This document shows positions 17,807 through 28,090 of a stretch of 54,334 bases of DNA, in pieces. Positions within the stretch are counted from its first letter, which is position 1, and each line of letters starts with the position of its first letter. Location: IMG/VR virus record IMGVR_UViG_3300036855_000036, positions 1 to 54,334 of that record. One strand, given 5' to 3'. The translations under genes and the position numbers were made by a program. Under the pieces are notes generated by a model that was not told the origin of the DNA, did no database searches, and saw nothing but the letters and a program-made list of their open reading frames with translations. Source of the DNA: a virus (Duplodnaviria > Caudoviricetes).

Positions 17807-18168
17807 CCGCATCCCTTGGCTGCCTGGTCGGTGGCGATGTACAGCACCCAGGTAGCGCCTTCCTGTGACGGCACTATCCCGAAGCTGGCTACGGTCTGCA
17901 GCCAGGTGTCCCGCTGCCCGGATGACGGGAACGTGGCGATGCCCATCCTCTTGCCGTCCATGTAGGCGGTGCCCGCGTCCGTGACGCCGCCCGCGGGGGC
18001 CGCGCCGCAGTCGGTGAACCCGGTTGCGCCGGCCTGCCTGGCGACCTGTGCGGCCGACTGCGGCGCCGGGAAGGACGGGGCGCTGCCCGACGGGGCGGCC
18101 GGCCCGGCTGAGCACGCCGCGAAGAGCGGGACGGCAAGCACTGCTGCTGCGGTGGTGATCTTCTTCAT
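17803..18168 (-). CDS. Lipoprotein (moron)
   Basis: MKK + hydrophobic stretch + FAAC lipobox, Pro/Ser linker. Confidence 0.8.
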   Translation of the reverse strand: MKKITTAAAVLAVPLFAACSAGPAAPSGSAPSFPAPQSAAQVARQAGATGFTDCGAAPAGGVTDAGTAYMDGKRMGIATFPSSGQRDTWLQTVASFGIVPSQEGATWVLYIATDQAAKGCG

Positions 18169-18344
18169 GCCTGTCTTTCCTCGCCGGTAAGCGCTGTGGC
18201 CTGGTCATGCCAGTCGGCGGGGACGACAACGGCGGCCGGCTTCCCCCACCGCAGGATCGTGACGTGCTCGCCGCCCTGCTCGACGGCGTTGAGCAGCTCG
18301 CGCCAGTTGCGCCGCGCGTCGTCGCTGCTGATCTCTCGCTTCAT
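18165..18344 (-). CDS. Phd/YefM-family antitoxin-like protein (59 aa, not in ORF track)
   Basis: MKREISSDDARRNWRELLNAVEQGGEHVTILRWGKPAAVVVP; ATGA overlap with lipoprotein. Confidence 0.85.
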   Translation of the reverse strand: MKREISSDDARRNWRELLNAVEQGGEHVTILRWGKPAAVVVPADWHDQATALTGEERQA

Positions 18345-18358
18345 GCCCGCAGGGTACC

Positions 18359-18388
18359 ACGAACCTTACGAACCTTACGAAACTCACG
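18359..18388. repeat. 3x 9-bp tandem repeat ACGAACCTT, probable operator
   Basis: Immediately upstream of the Phd-like start. Confidence 0.6.
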
Positions 18389-18398
18389 GGAGGGGCGC

Positions 18399-21300
18399 TT
18401 GGCCGGCTCGCAGACCCTCCGCTTCGACATCATCGGCGACGGCTCGTCCGCCTCCCGCGCCTTCAAGCAGACGGCCACCGACGCGGCGCTCGCCGCCAGG
18501 GGCGCGAAGCAGCTCAGCGACACACTCGGCATCCAGTCCAAGTCAGCGCAGGCGTCGGCGGCGGCGACGGTGTCGCTGGCGAAGTCTGATGCCATCCTCC
18601 GCGATGCCCAGCTGGCGCTGGCCGGCGCTACGGACGACGCTTCCGGCAGCCTCGGCGGCCTGAAGCTGCGGCTGGACGAGCTGAACGGCAAGGTCGCCGC
18701 CGCGAGGGTCAGCCTCGACGGCAACAAGGAGGCGCAGGCGCAGCTCGACGCGATCGACGCCCGCCTGGTTGACCTCGACCACAAGACGTCGACCCCGAAC
18801 CTTGACGTGCAGGGCACCGCGAAGGCGGTCGCGGAGCTGTCCGCCGTCGACGTGGCGCTCAGCAAGGTCGGCGGCTCGGGCGGGTCGGCCACAGGCGCCG
18901 CGTCGTCGCTCGGCCTGCTGGCCAGCCCGATGGGCGCGGCGGTGGCCGCGGGCGTGGCCCTGTCGCCGGTGCTCATCACGACGTCGGTCGGCCTCGCCGG
19001 GTTCGGGGCGGCCGCGGCCGGGGCGATCGCGCCGGTCCTGGCCGCGGGGACCGCGACGAAGGCGCAGCAGCAGGCCCTCGCCGGCCTCGACCCGGCGCAG
19101 AAGGCCGCCTACACCTCCCTTGGCCTGCTGAAGGGCCAGTTCAGCGGGTTCACCAAGGCGCTGGAACCGGAGGTCTTCAGCGTCTTCAACCAGGGACTGA
19201 AGCTCGCCGACGGGCTGCTGGGCGACGTCGAGCCGGTAGCGGCCGCGACCGGGAAGGCCCTGGGCGTGCTGGTCGGCGACATCAGCGCCGACCTGAAAAC
19301 GCAGCAGTGGCAGCAGTTCTTCGGGTTCATGGCGCAAAGTGCCGGGCCGGACATCCAGCTGGTCGGCAAGCTCTTCACCGACCTGCTGAACGACCTTCCC
19401 CAGCTGCTCGAGGAGCTCCAGCCGGTCGCCCAGGGGCTGCTGACCGTCGCCGACGACGCCACCCTGGCACTCAAGGCGCTGGACACCCTCAACCCGTCCC
19501 TGTCCGCCACGTCGGTGAACGCCGCCAAGGTGCAGACGAACAGCGGGAACATGTTCACCCGGTTCCTGGCCAGCAGCAAGCTGGCGATTTCCGAGGTCAC
19601 CGGGATCGGCAGGGCCACGGGCGACGCGGCCACCGGGACCCAGAGCCTGGCCACTGCCTCGACCTCCCTCGGCGACAGCCTGGTCACCCTGGAGGACAAG
19701 TACGGCCTGACGGCCGACCAGGCGGAAGCGCTGATCACCGCGGCCAAGCAGACCAACCAGGCACTGCAGGGCGGCGACGCGTCGGCGCGGGCTGCCATGA
19801 CGGCCATCGAGGCGTACGCGAACGCGAACCTGGCGGCGAAGACCCCGACCCAGCAGCTCGCGGGCGATATCTCCACCCTGGGCAACAACACGCTCGGCGC
19901 CACCGCGCAGCTGAACGCGTTCACCGACGCGTGGAACCTGCTGGTGGGCAACGCCGTGTCCGACCAGCAGGCCGTCGTGGCCACCTCCCAGGCATTCCAG
20001 GCGCTGGTCACCGAGGTGAAGAACAGCGGCGCGCAGAGCCTCACGTCGCAGTCGGACTTCCTGTCCTACGTCTCAAGCATCGGCCAGGGCGTGTCGACGC
20101 TGCAGAAGAACGGCGCGTCGGTCTCGCAGGTCAACGCCTACTACCAGACGAACATCGACCGGCTGAACAGCCTGCATAACCTCACCCCGGCGCAGCGGGC
20201 TGACGTCCAGGGGCTGACCAGGGACTACGACACGTGGGCGCACTCCACCGCCGGGCTGAACGCCCAGACGGCGGCCGCGGCGGGCACCATAAAGAACAAT
20301 TTCACCGCGAACCTGAAGGCCCTGGGTGAGTTCACGCCCGGCATCAACACGGACGTCAACAACCTGGCGAACGCGGTCCTGCGGACCGGCACCCAGTCCA
20401 GCGCCACCCAGGGCGACCGGGCGAAGCTGATCGCCGACCTGAACAAGGTGGGAATCTACGGGCAGGCCGCCACCACGCTGGTCGACGGGCTGGAGCGGAA
20501 GATCGCCGGGCTGCACGGCAAGACCGTGGCGGTGGACGTCACCATCGGCGGCGAGGGCGCGATCGTGGCGTCCGCCGTCGGGCTGCCCGCGCGGATCTTC
20601 AAGCTGAGCCACATGGCGGCCGGCGGGAAGGTCGCCGGGGGCACGCCCGGCAAGGACAGCGTGCTGGGCATGCTGATGCCCGGTGAGGTCGTGGTCCCGG
20701 CGGCCATGGTCGCGGGCGGCGCGGTCGACCACCTGCGCGGCCAGCTCCCCGGCTTCGCGGCCGGCGGCCTGGTTGACGCGCCGCCGTGGTCAGGCTCCCA
20801 GGGGAGCGGCGCGGCCGGCGGCTGGGCGGGGTCCTGGGTGCAGGGCGAGGTGGCCGCGTTCTTCACCGCGGCCCGGGCCGCCGCGGCGGCTGCGGCCGCG
20901 GCGGGCACCCCGGTGGCGTACAGCAAGGTCGCGGGGGTCACCCAGTGGGAGCCCGACGTGTCGAAGGTGCTCAGCTGGCTCGGGCTGCCGCAGGCTGACC
21001 TGCCCACGGTGATGTCCCAGATCCAGACTGAGTCGGGCGGGAATCCGAACGCGATCAACCTGACCGACATCAACGCGCAGCGCGGAGACCCGTCCAAAGG
21101 GCTGATGCAGGTGATCAGCGAGACCTTCGCCGCCTACCGCAACCCGTCGCTCAGCAGCAACATCTACGACCCGCTGGCCAACATCTTCGCCGGGGTCAAC
21201 TACGCGGTTCACCGCTACGGGAACCCCGGCTGGCTGAGCGTGCTCGGCCACGGCCACGGCTACGCGAACGGCACCAGCTCGGCGCAGCCGGGCCTGGCGG

Positions 21301-21536
21301 TGGTCGGCGAGCACGGCCCGGAGCTGGTCAACTTCCGCGGCGGCGAGCAGGTCATCCCCCACCAGTTCATCCCCCGCGGCGGCAGCGGCGGCCAGGTCCA
21401 CGTCCACCTGCACAACGAGGGAGTGATCGGGTCGCAGCCTGAGCTGATGCGCTGGCTGAACAACGGCATCGACGAGCTCGCCCGCAGCAGCAGGCTCACG
21501 TACGCGCTGCAGCGCTCCCCGTCGGCGCCCAGATGA
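18399..21536 (+). CDS. Tape measure protein with C-terminal lytic transglycosylase (SLT) domain
   Basis: TTG start after GGGAGGGG; long Ala-rich helical body; ESGGNPNAIN..D.NAQRGDPSKGLMQ; YANGT...AVVGEHGPELV. Confidence 0.93.
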   Translation: MAGSQTLRFDIIGDGSSASRAFKQTATDAALAARGAKQLSDTLGIQSKSAQASAAATVSLAKSDAILRDAQLALAGATDDASGSLGGLKLRLDELNGKVAAARVSLDGNKEAQAQLDAIDARLVDLDHKTSTPNLDVQGTAKAVAELSAVDVALSKVGGSGGSATGAASSLGLLASPMGAAVAAGVALSPVLITTSVGLAGFGAAAAGAIAPVLAAGTATKAQQQALAGLDPAQKAAYTSLGLLKGQFSGFTKALEPEVFSVFNQGLKLADGLLGDVEPVAAATGKALGVLVGDISADLKTQQWQQFFGFMAQSAGPDIQLVGKLFTDLLNDLPQLLEELQPVAQGLLTVADDATLALKALDTLNPSLSATSVNAAKVQTNSGNMFTRFLASSKLAISEVTGIGRATGDAATGTQSLATASTSLGDSLVTLEDKYGLTADQAEALITAAKQTNQALQGGDASARAAMTAIEAYANANLAAKTPTQQLAGDISTLGNNTLGATAQLNAFTDAWNLLVGNAVSDQQAVVATSQAFQALVTEVKNSGAQSLTSQSDFLSYVSSIGQGVSTLQKNGASVSQVNAYYQTNIDRLNSLHNLTPAQRADVQGLTRDYDTWAHSTAGLNAQTAAAAGTIKNNFTANLKALGEFTPGINTDVNNLANAVLRTGTQSSATQGDRAKLIADLNKVGIYGQAATTLVDGLERKIAGLHGKTVAVDVTIGGEGAIVASAVGLPARIFKLSHMAAGGKVAGGTPGKDSVLGMLMPGEVVVPAAMVAGGAVDHLRGQLPGFAAGGLVDAPPWSGSQGSGAAGGWAGSWVQGEVAAFFTAARAAAAAAAAAGTPVAYSKVAGVTQWEPDVSKVLSWLGLPQADLPTVMSQIQTESGGNPNAINLTDINAQRGDPSKGLMQVISETFAAYRNPSLSSNIYDPLANIFAGVNYAVHRYGNPGWLSVLGHGHGYANGTSSAQPGLAVVGEHGPELVNFRGGEQVIPHQFIPRGGSGGQVHVHLHNEGVIGSQPELMRWLNNGIDELARSSRLTYALQRSPSAPR

Positions 21537-24500
21537 CGGGCTTCCCGTACAAGAAGCTGGGCGTCAAGGTCGAGCTGCTGATCAACGCGACGTGGACCGA
21601 CATCACCGCGTTCGTCCAGCTCCGTAGTGACATCAGCATCTCGCCGTTCGGCCGGGCCAACGAGTCGTCGTCGATGACGGCGGCGCAGGTCACCCTCACG
21701 CTGAACAACCGCAGCGGCCGCTTCACCCCGGCTAACTCCAGCGGCGCCTACTACCCGTTCGTGCAGCTCAACACGCAGGTCCGCATCTCGGTCAATGATG
21801 CGTCCGTCAACGGGACGGCCTACTCCGGGTACCGGTTCTGGGGCGAGGTCACCGAGTGGCCGCCCGAGTGGGACGAGAGCGGCCGGGACGTCTACGCCCC
21901 GATCACCGCGTCGGGCATCTGGCGCAGGCTGTCGCAGTCGACGAAGCGGCTCGGCTCGCCTTACACCCGGTACAACAACATCAGCATCCGCAACGCCTGG
22001 ACGCTCGCCTCCTACTGGCCGATGGAGGACGGCAGCGGCTCGGTCACGTTCGCGAACCTGGTCACCACGCAGGCGGCGATGACGGTCACCGCGGGCACCC
22101 CGACGCTGTCGAGCGTCAGCGCGTTCCCCGGCAGCGACGCCATCCCTGCGCTGAACGGCTCGGCGCTGCAGGGCCTGGTCAGCACCACCGCGCACCCGAC
22201 CAACGTCATCTGGCGGTTCTTCATGTTCCTGCCGTCCGGCGGGGACACCGGCGCCTCCGGGGTCATCGCCCGGATGAACACCTCCGGCACCGTCGCCCGG
22301 GTTGAGGTCAGCCTTTCCGCGTCCGGCGGCGGCCCGCTGGTCATCACCGGCTTCAACTCCGGCGGCACCCAGATCTTCACCGGCAGCAGCACCCTGAGTA
22401 TCTGGGGCATCCCGCTGATGGTCCAGGTGGGGCTCACCCAGTCGGGCGGCAACGTCAGCTGGTCGCTGCGCACCATCCTGCCGAACGGGACCGTGGCGAA
22501 CACTTCGGTGACCGGCAGCGTCGCCGGCACCGTCAATGACGTCACCGGGGTCAACTTCAACATCGCCGCCGCCAAGTACCAGGGGACCGGCGTCGGGCAG
22601 TGCGTGGTCATCTACGGCAACCCGCTGATCACCGACGCCGCCGCGGCGATGAGCGGCTGGACCGGCGAGTTCGCCGGGGCACGCTTCCTGCGGGTGTGCG
22701 CTGAGGCGGGCGTCCCCGCCGTGCTGAACGGCTCGTCAACCTCCGGCACCACGATGGGCCCGCAGGTCGACGACACCCTCGCGAACGTGCTGCAGGTGAT
22801 CGAGGCGACCGACGGCGGCCAGCTGTACGAGACGCGCACCCAGTTCGGGCTCGGCTACCGGACCCTGGCGACGCTGCAGAACCAGACGTCATCACTCACC
22901 CTGAACTACGCAGCGCAGCAGCTGTCCGCGCCGCTGTCGCCGGTCGACAACGACGCGCTCACCCGCAACGACGTCACCCTCACCAACTACGACGGCTACG
23001 CGGTGCGGGCCTACCTGGCTACCGGGGCGCGCAGCATCCAGTCGCCGCCCAGCGGGGTGGGCAGCGGCTACGAGCGCACCGGGAACGTCTCCAGTACCAG
23101 CCACTCCCAGGTCAACGCGCTCGCCCAGCAGCTGCTGAACAGCGGCGTCGTCTCGGACCCCAGGTACCCGACTGTCACCGTCAACCTGGCCCGGGTGACG
23201 ACGGCCAGCCTGTTCAGCGCCGTCCCGTCCATGAACGCCGGCGACTACCTGACGCTGGCCAACCTGCCGGCTTACGGCGGGTCAGCGACGCAGAAGCAGC
23301 TTGTCTGGGGCTGGACCGAGGTACTCGGCGCCGTCACGTGGACGTTCACCTTCAACACGATCCCGGAGGCGCCGTTCGAGTCCGGGTTCGCGCCCGGCAC
23401 CGCGGTAACCGGGCAGGTGCCGGGGACGCCGACGACGGTCAGCCAGGCGGGGTCGGTGTCCGGCGCGCAGATCGCCGAGAGCGCCATCTCCCTGTTCAGC
23501 CTCGCGCAGGAAGTGCTCACCTTCCAGTTCGGCGGCATCACCAGCTCGATCAGCAGCAGCGCGCCGTCGAGTCCCGCCGACGGGAACCTGTGGTTCGACA
23601 GCTCCAACGGTTACCAGATCAAGCGCTGGGACGCGGGCTCGACGTCCTGGGTGCCGGTGGTGTTCAACGGCGCCAACATCCTCGGCGCGGGCACCATCAC
23701 CGCCGGGCTGGTCGCCGCGAACGCGATCATCGCCGGGAACATCGCCGCCGGGGTCGTCACCGCGACGCAGCTCGCCGCCGGGATCGTCAAGGCGGGCATC
23801 GTCGACGGGACGCTGATCAGCGGCGCCCAGTTCGTCGCCTACGGGACGACCGGCGAGATCCTCGTCTACTCGGGCACCCCGGCGAGCGGCAACCTGGTGC
23901 TGAGCGTGTCGGCCATGGCGGGAACCGACGGGTTCGGTAACGCCTACCCCGCTCAACTCGGCATCTTCAACAGCTCCAGCAAGTTCACCACCCTGTCTGC
24001 GAGCAGCGCGGGGAACCTGGCGCTGGGCACCGGGTCCAGCGGCGGCGGCGGCCTGGAGATGGTCACCCAGTCAACCACCCCGAACTCAGCCAACTCGATT
24101 TTCTACGCGGACGGCAACAGCAGCGCCGCCTACCGCAAGGGCTCGGGCGGGCTCAACGGCCAGCTGGTCGTGTCCGGGACCGACAACAGCTCGATCACCA
24201 ACTCGACGTCTACGTACGCCACGCTGACCGCGCTGTGGCCCATCCCGGCAGGCGACGCGGCGGACACCACCACGTACCGGCTGACCTGCTGGGGCATCGC
24301 CACGTACACCGGGACGGCCCAGAACGTCGGGTTCCACGGCATGATCAACGGGACGAACGAGGGAGCTGTCACCATTCCGGCCGCTTCCGTTGCCGCGCCC
24401 AGCAGCTGGCGCGCCGAGTACATCATCAACGTGATCCACGCCGGGTCCAGCGGAAGCGCGCAGTACACGCTGACGACGTGGCTCAACGGCGCGTCCGGGT

Positions 24501-24637
24501 GCGGCGCGTCCGGGAATCCCCAGGCGTTCAACTCGACCGTGGCTAACACGATGTCCCTTCAGGGCACGTTCGCGAGCGGGGCGACTACGGTCACCCTCAC
24601 GTGCTACGGGTCAATCTTCGAAAGGCTGGGCGCGTGA
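21533..24637 (+). CDS. Large minor tail / tail tip protein
   Basis: WTDIT, LTLNNRSGRF, YWPMED (LamG-like), GNLWFDS; follows tape measure. Confidence 0.85.
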   Translation: MTGFPYKKLGVKVELLINATWTDITAFVQLRSDISISPFGRANESSSMTAAQVTLTLNNRSGRFTPANSSGAYYPFVQLNTQVRISVNDASVNGTAYSGYRFWGEVTEWPPEWDESGRDVYAPITASGIWRRLSQSTKRLGSPYTRYNNISIRNAWTLASYWPMEDGSGSVTFANLVTTQAAMTVTAGTPTLSSVSAFPGSDAIPALNGSALQGLVSTTAHPTNVIWRFFMFLPSGGDTGASGVIARMNTSGTVARVEVSLSASGGGPLVITGFNSGGTQIFTGSSTLSIWGIPLMVQVGLTQSGGNVSWSLRTILPNGTVANTSVTGSVAGTVNDVTGVNFNIAAAKYQGTGVGQCVVIYGNPLITDAAAAMSGWTGEFAGARFLRVCAEAGVPAVLNGSSTSGTTMGPQVDDTLANVLQVIEATDGGQLYETRTQFGLGYRTLATLQNQTSSLTLNYAAQQLSAPLSPVDNDALTRNDVTLTNYDGYAVRAYLATGARSIQSPPSGVGSGYERTGNVSSTSHSQVNALAQQLLNSGVVSDPRYPTVTVNLARVTTASLFSAVPSMNAGDYLTLANLPAYGGSATQKQLVWGWTEVLGAVTWTFTFNTIPEAPFESGFAPGTAVTGQVPGTPTTVSQAGSVSGAQIAESAISLFSLAQEVLTFQFGGITSSISSSAPSSPADGNLWFDSSNGYQIKRWDAGSTSWVPVVFNGANILGAGTITAGLVAANAIIAGNIAAGVVTATQLAAGIVKAGIVDGTLISGAQFVAYGTTGEILVYSGTPASGNLVLSVSAMAGTDGFGNAYPAQLGIFNSSSKFTTLSASSAGNLALGTGSSGGGGLEMVTQSTTPNSANSIFYADGNSSAAYRKGSGGLNGQLVVSGTDNSSITNSTSTYATLTALWPIPAGDAADTTTYRLTCWGIATYTGTAQNVGFHGMINGTNEGAVTIPAASVAAPSSWRAEYIINVIHAGSSGSAQYTLTTWLNGASGCGASGNPQAFNSTVANTMSLQGTFASGATTVTLTCYGSIFERLGA

Positions 24638-25377
24638 GCATCCCCCAGGTCATCACCGCCGCCGCGGTCACCGCCGCCACGCTGGCCGCGTCCCCTGCCG
24701 CGAGCACTTCGCCAAGGAACGTCGTGGCCTTCGGCGACTCCCTGACCTGGGGCGCCGGGTCGGGATCGAGCAACGGCCCCGGCGTGAGCGGCCCGGCCGG
24801 GAACGGCTACCAGGGTGACAACTACCCCTCCCAGCTGGCGGCGCTGTCCGGCTGGCAGGTCACCAATCAGGGCATCAACGGCGACATGGTGACGAGCGGC
24901 AGCGTCAACGACCCGCTCAACGCGACCGTCCGGTTCGAGCAGCTCGTGCCCGCTTACCCAGCGGGGACCGTGTTCGTGGTGTGGATCGGCGTAAACGACG
25001 TCGAGCAGGCCAAGGGCGGCTCCCAGATCGTGACCGGGTACGCGCGGATGATCACCGCCGCGCACGACGCCGGGGACCTCATCTTCCTCGCCACGCTGCC
25101 GCCCATTGCCGGGCTCGCCGCCATCCGGGAGACCCAGCGGCGCAACGTGAACAACTGGGTACGCCAGGGCCACGGGCAGGACGGCACCGTTGACCTGGAG
25201 GCCGCGCTCGGCACGCCAACCGTGCTCAGCCCGCGCCTCGCCGCCAACGGGCAGACCGTCAACCCGGTCACCAGCGTCCCGCACCTCAACCCGGCCGGGT
25301 ACGCGGTCGTCGCGAACTTCGTCTACGCGAAGGTGACGCATCCGGTGACCGTCGTCCCTCCCGTGGCGTACCCGTAG
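24634..25377 (+). CDS. SGNH/GDSL esterase
   Basis: FGDSLT, NQGING, IGVND, HLNPAGY blocks. Confidence 0.85.
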   Translation: MSIPQVITAAAVTAATLAASPAASTSPRNVVAFGDSLTWGAGSGSSNGPGVSGPAGNGYQGDNYPSQLAALSGWQVTNQGINGDMVTSGSVNDPLNATVRFEQLVPAYPAGTVFVVWIGVNDVEQAKGGSQIVTGYARMITAAHDAGDLIFLATLPPIAGLAAIRETQRRNVNNWVRQGHGQDGTVDLEAALGTPTVLSPRLAANGQTVNPVTSVPHLNPAGYAVVANFVYAKVTHPVTVVPPVAYP

Positions 25378-25390
25378 TGCACGCGGTCCT

Positions 25391-25789
25391 GTGAGCAGGG
25401 TCAGGGCACTCGCGGGACGGCTGGCGCGCCGTGCCGGGCACCGCGGCGCGTTCCTGATGTTCCTCGCCGTGCTCGACTTCTGCTACGGGTACTCCCTGTG
25501 GGCCGCGCCCGCGCCGCAGCGGCAGCTTGACCTGTTCCTGCCGTGGCAGGGCTGGGCGGTTGCTTGGCTCGTCACGGGCGCCGTGTGCCTTGCCGGGGTG
25601 CCCGCCGTCCGCGACTGGTGGGCGTTCACCGCCGCGACGCTGCTGAAGGCCGCGTGGGCGGCGGTCATGGCCGACACGTGGCTGGAGCAGGGCATCCCGC
25701 GCGGCTGGGTCTCCGCCGTGATCTGGGGCGTGTTCGCGCTGACCGTCCTGGTCGTGTCCAGCTGGCCAGACGCGCCGCCCCGGCCGTGA
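25391..25789 (+). CDS. 4-TM membrane protein (lysis region)
   Basis: Four hydrophobic helices. Confidence 0.7.
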   Translation: MSRVRALAGRLARRAGHRGAFLMFLAVLDFCYGYSLWAAPAPQRQLDLFLPWQGWAVAWLVTGAVCLAGVPAVRDWWAFTAATLLKAAWAAVMADTWLEQGIPRGWVSAVIWGVFALTVLVVSSWPDAPPRP

Positions 25790-26139
25790 ACGCCTCCATC
25801 ATCGTCGAGGTACTCCTCGGCCTGCTGACCTTCGCGGTGGCGGCGGCGGCGTACTTCGCCGCGCAGCAGGCCAACCGGTCAACCGCGAAGGCCAGCACCG
25901 TCGCCGTCGACGCCGCCGCCTACGGCCGGGCGAAGCAGATCTACGAGGGAGCGCTCGACGCGCTGCAGTCCCAGACCGCCGACCTGCACGAGCAGGTCGA
26001 GGCGCTGTCCGACGAGGTGGGCCGCCTCCGCAGCGCCAACATTGAGCTGTCCGACGAGGTCGGCAGGCTCCGCAACGCGAACACCGACCTGAAGCGGAAG
26101 ATAACGGCGCTCGAGCGCCGGCCGAGAGGAACCTCCTGA
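25786..26139 (+). CDS. TM-anchored coiled-coil protein
   Basis: N-terminal TM; duplicated LSDEVGRLR.AN heptads. Confidence 0.7.
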   Translation: MNASIIVEVLLGLLTFAVAAAAYFAAQQANRSTAKASTVAVDAAAYGRAKQIYEGALDALQSQTADLHEQVEALSDEVGRLRSANIELSDEVGRLRNANTDLKRKITALERRPRGTS

Positions 26140-26417
26140 TGCCCGTCGAAACGAAGGTAAAAGCATCTACCGCCGCTGCCGCCCTGTCCGGGCTGGCGCT
26201 GTGGGCGCTGTCCCGCTACGTGTTCCGCGGTGACGTCCCCGACGTCGTGGTGTCCTGGGTGGACGCGATCATCCCGGCCGCGCTCGCGTTCGCCGCGGGC
26301 TACCTGGCTAAGCACACCGTGCGGCCCGCTGACCCGCCCGCGCCGCCCGAGATGCCGACGCCCGCCGTGCCCGTCGCGCCCGTAGTCCCGGCAGTGCCGC
26401 CCCCGGCGGCGCCCTGA
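26139..26417 (+). CDS. Holin
   Basis: VETKVKAST, two TMs, [11 protein letters not shown]. Confidence 0.75.
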   Translation: MPVETKVKASTAAAALSGLALWALSRYVFRGDVPDVVVSWVDAIIPAALAFAAGYLAKHTVRPADPPAPPEMPTPAVPVAPVVPAVPPPAAP

Positions 26418-26968
26418 TGGCGCTGCCCGACCTCGCGCCGCTGCACGCCCGGAAGGCCGCCCCGTTCCCGCCCGGCTACCCCTCCGGCGCTCTCACGTTC
26501 TTCAGCCCGGTCGATGACGTGCACGGCGTCCTGCTGGACCTCATCCAGTCCGCGTCAAAGTCGCTGGTTTGCGCGATGTACGGGTTCGACGATGACGAGC
26601 TCGCCGCGGCGCTGCTGGAGAAGCTCGACGACGGGCAGGTGTTCGTGCAGCTCACCCTCGACAGCTCGCAGGCCGCGGGGAAGCACGAGGCGGCGCTGCT
26701 GGCGAAGGACGCGTTCCCCTCCAACTCGGTCGCGGTCGGCCGGTCGGAGAAGGGGGCGATCATGCACATGAAGCTGCTCCTGGTAGATGGCCTGGACGTG
26801 GTGACCGGGTCGACGAACTGGTCTGGCGGCGGCGAGGGCGCGCAGGACAACCAGCTCACCGTGATCAGGGACCCGTACGTCGCCGCCGAGGCGCGCGCCC
26901 GGGTCGACATCATCCACCACCACATGCTCACCGCAGCAGCGAAAAGCCCGGGAAGGGACAGCGCTTGA
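26417..26968 (+). CDS. Phospholipase D / Nuc-family protein (single HKD)
   Basis: [32 protein letters not shown]. Confidence 0.88.
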   Translation: MALPDLAPLHARKAAPFPPGYPSGALTFFSPVDDVHGVLLDLIQSASKSLVCAMYGFDDDELAAALLEKLDDGQVFVQLTLDSSQAAGKHEAALLAKDAFPSNSVAVGRSEKGAIMHMKLLLVDGLDVVTGSTNWSGGGEGAQDNQLTVIRDPYVAAEARARVDIIHHHMLTAAAKSPGRDSA

Positions 26969-27807
26969 GTATCCAGATCGCCTACGACTGCACCCGCGCC
27001 AACATCGGCAGCGCTCCCGCCGGGCTGCTCGCCGGGTACACCACCGGTAGCAGCGACATCCGGTGGACCGCCGCCGACTGGGCTGCCCACCCCGGCGCGG
27101 TGCGGATCGACCAGGACGCGGGTGCCTCCGACGGCACCGCCGACGTGCTCGACGTCGAGGCGGGCGCGGCCACAGTGTCCGACGTCCCCGGCTGGTCCAA
27201 GTTGGCCTTGGCGAACTTCAGGGCGAAGAAGCGCACCGGCCAGCGGACGCCACTCATCTACATGAGCCAGGTGAACGTCACCCCGGTCGCCAACGCGCTG
27301 ACCGGAGCAGGCATGGCGGACGGGTCAGTCGGCCTGTTCATCGCCAACTGGAACCTGGCCCAGGGGGAGGCGGTCGCCGAGGTGCTGGCGGCCAGCGGCC
27401 CGTTCCCGGTCTGCGGCCTCCAGTTCAAGAACGCAGGGCTGTTCGACATCGACGTGTTCTCGTCCGCGTGGCTGAACGCGCGCTCCGGGCCGCACCCGGC
27501 CCCTGCGGGACTCGGCGCGCCGCGTAACCTCGCCGTCCAGGCGGGCGACACGACGGTGCGGGTGACCCGCTGCGACCCGCCGGCGGGCATGACGCCGGAC
27601 CACTACGAGGTCAGCGTGTTCACCGGCTCCTACCCGTCCCCGGCGACGCTGGTCGCGTCCTACCCGCGCTACATGCGGGCCGCCCCGCAGCAGTTCGGCA
27701 GCCTTCAGGGCATCGCGTCCGGCACCCACATGACGCTGCGGGCCGTGGCCGTCGACGCGGCCGGGACCGCCGGGGCGTACGCCGACGTCCACTTCGAGAT
27801 GCCCTAG
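26965..27807 (+). CDS. Endolysin, GH25-like muramidase plus FN3-like domain
   Basis: AGYTTG, VLDVEAG, PLIYMS, FIANW, GLQF, DIDVF; APRNLAV FN3 start. Confidence 0.7.
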   Translation: MSIQIAYDCTRANIGSAPAGLLAGYTTGSSDIRWTAADWAAHPGAVRIDQDAGASDGTADVLDVEAGAATVSDVPGWSKLALANFRAKKRTGQRTPLIYMSQVNVTPVANALTGAGMADGSVGLFIANWNLAQGEAVAEVLAASGPFPVCGLQFKNAGLFDIDVFSSAWLNARSGPHPAPAGLGAPRNLAVQAGDTTVRVTRCDPPAGMTPDHYEVSVFTGSYPSPATLVASYPRYMRAAPQQFGSLQGIASGTHMTLRAVAVDAAGTAGAYADVHFEMP

Positions 27808-27989
27808 TGACGGCGTTCACTCACGCGGACGTCGCGGCGGCGTTCGTCGGCGGCGCGGTGGCCGGGGGGTTCCTCGGGGCGCTGTACGGGATGAGCGTCG
27901 TTCTCGCCCGGCGGGCACTGCCGGGCGCGCGGCGGCGAAGGCGGCCCGCGCTCGCGCGGACGATGCCGCTGCGAAGACACCCTGAATGA
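27807..27989 (+). CDS. Small membrane protein
   Basis: TM followed by Arg-rich tail; coupled to endolysin stop. Confidence 0.5.
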   Translation: MTAFTHADVAAAFVGGAVAGGFLGALYGMSVVLARRALPGARRRRRPALARTMPLRRHPE

Positions 27990-28047
27990 CGATGACCCCC
28001 GGAGGCTCGCTGCTCACGTAAGCTGAACCCGCACACGGGGAAAAGGG

Positions 28048-28078
28048 AAGAGGGACCGCTCAGGCGGTCCCTCTTTTT
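28048..28078. terminator. Intrinsic (likely bidirectional) terminator
   Basis: AAGAGGGACCGC-TCAG-GCGGTCCCTCTT plus T-run between convergent operons. Confidence 0.85.
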
Positions 28079-28090
28079 CGCGTTTCCGGG

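Noticed and set aside
18207-18398. N-terminal extension of tape measure in ORF track
   Set aside because: It is the antisense of the Phd-like gene; TTG 18399 has a strong SD
26004-26090. 42-nt direct repeat
   Set aside because: In-frame coiled-coil duplication within a CDS, not an array
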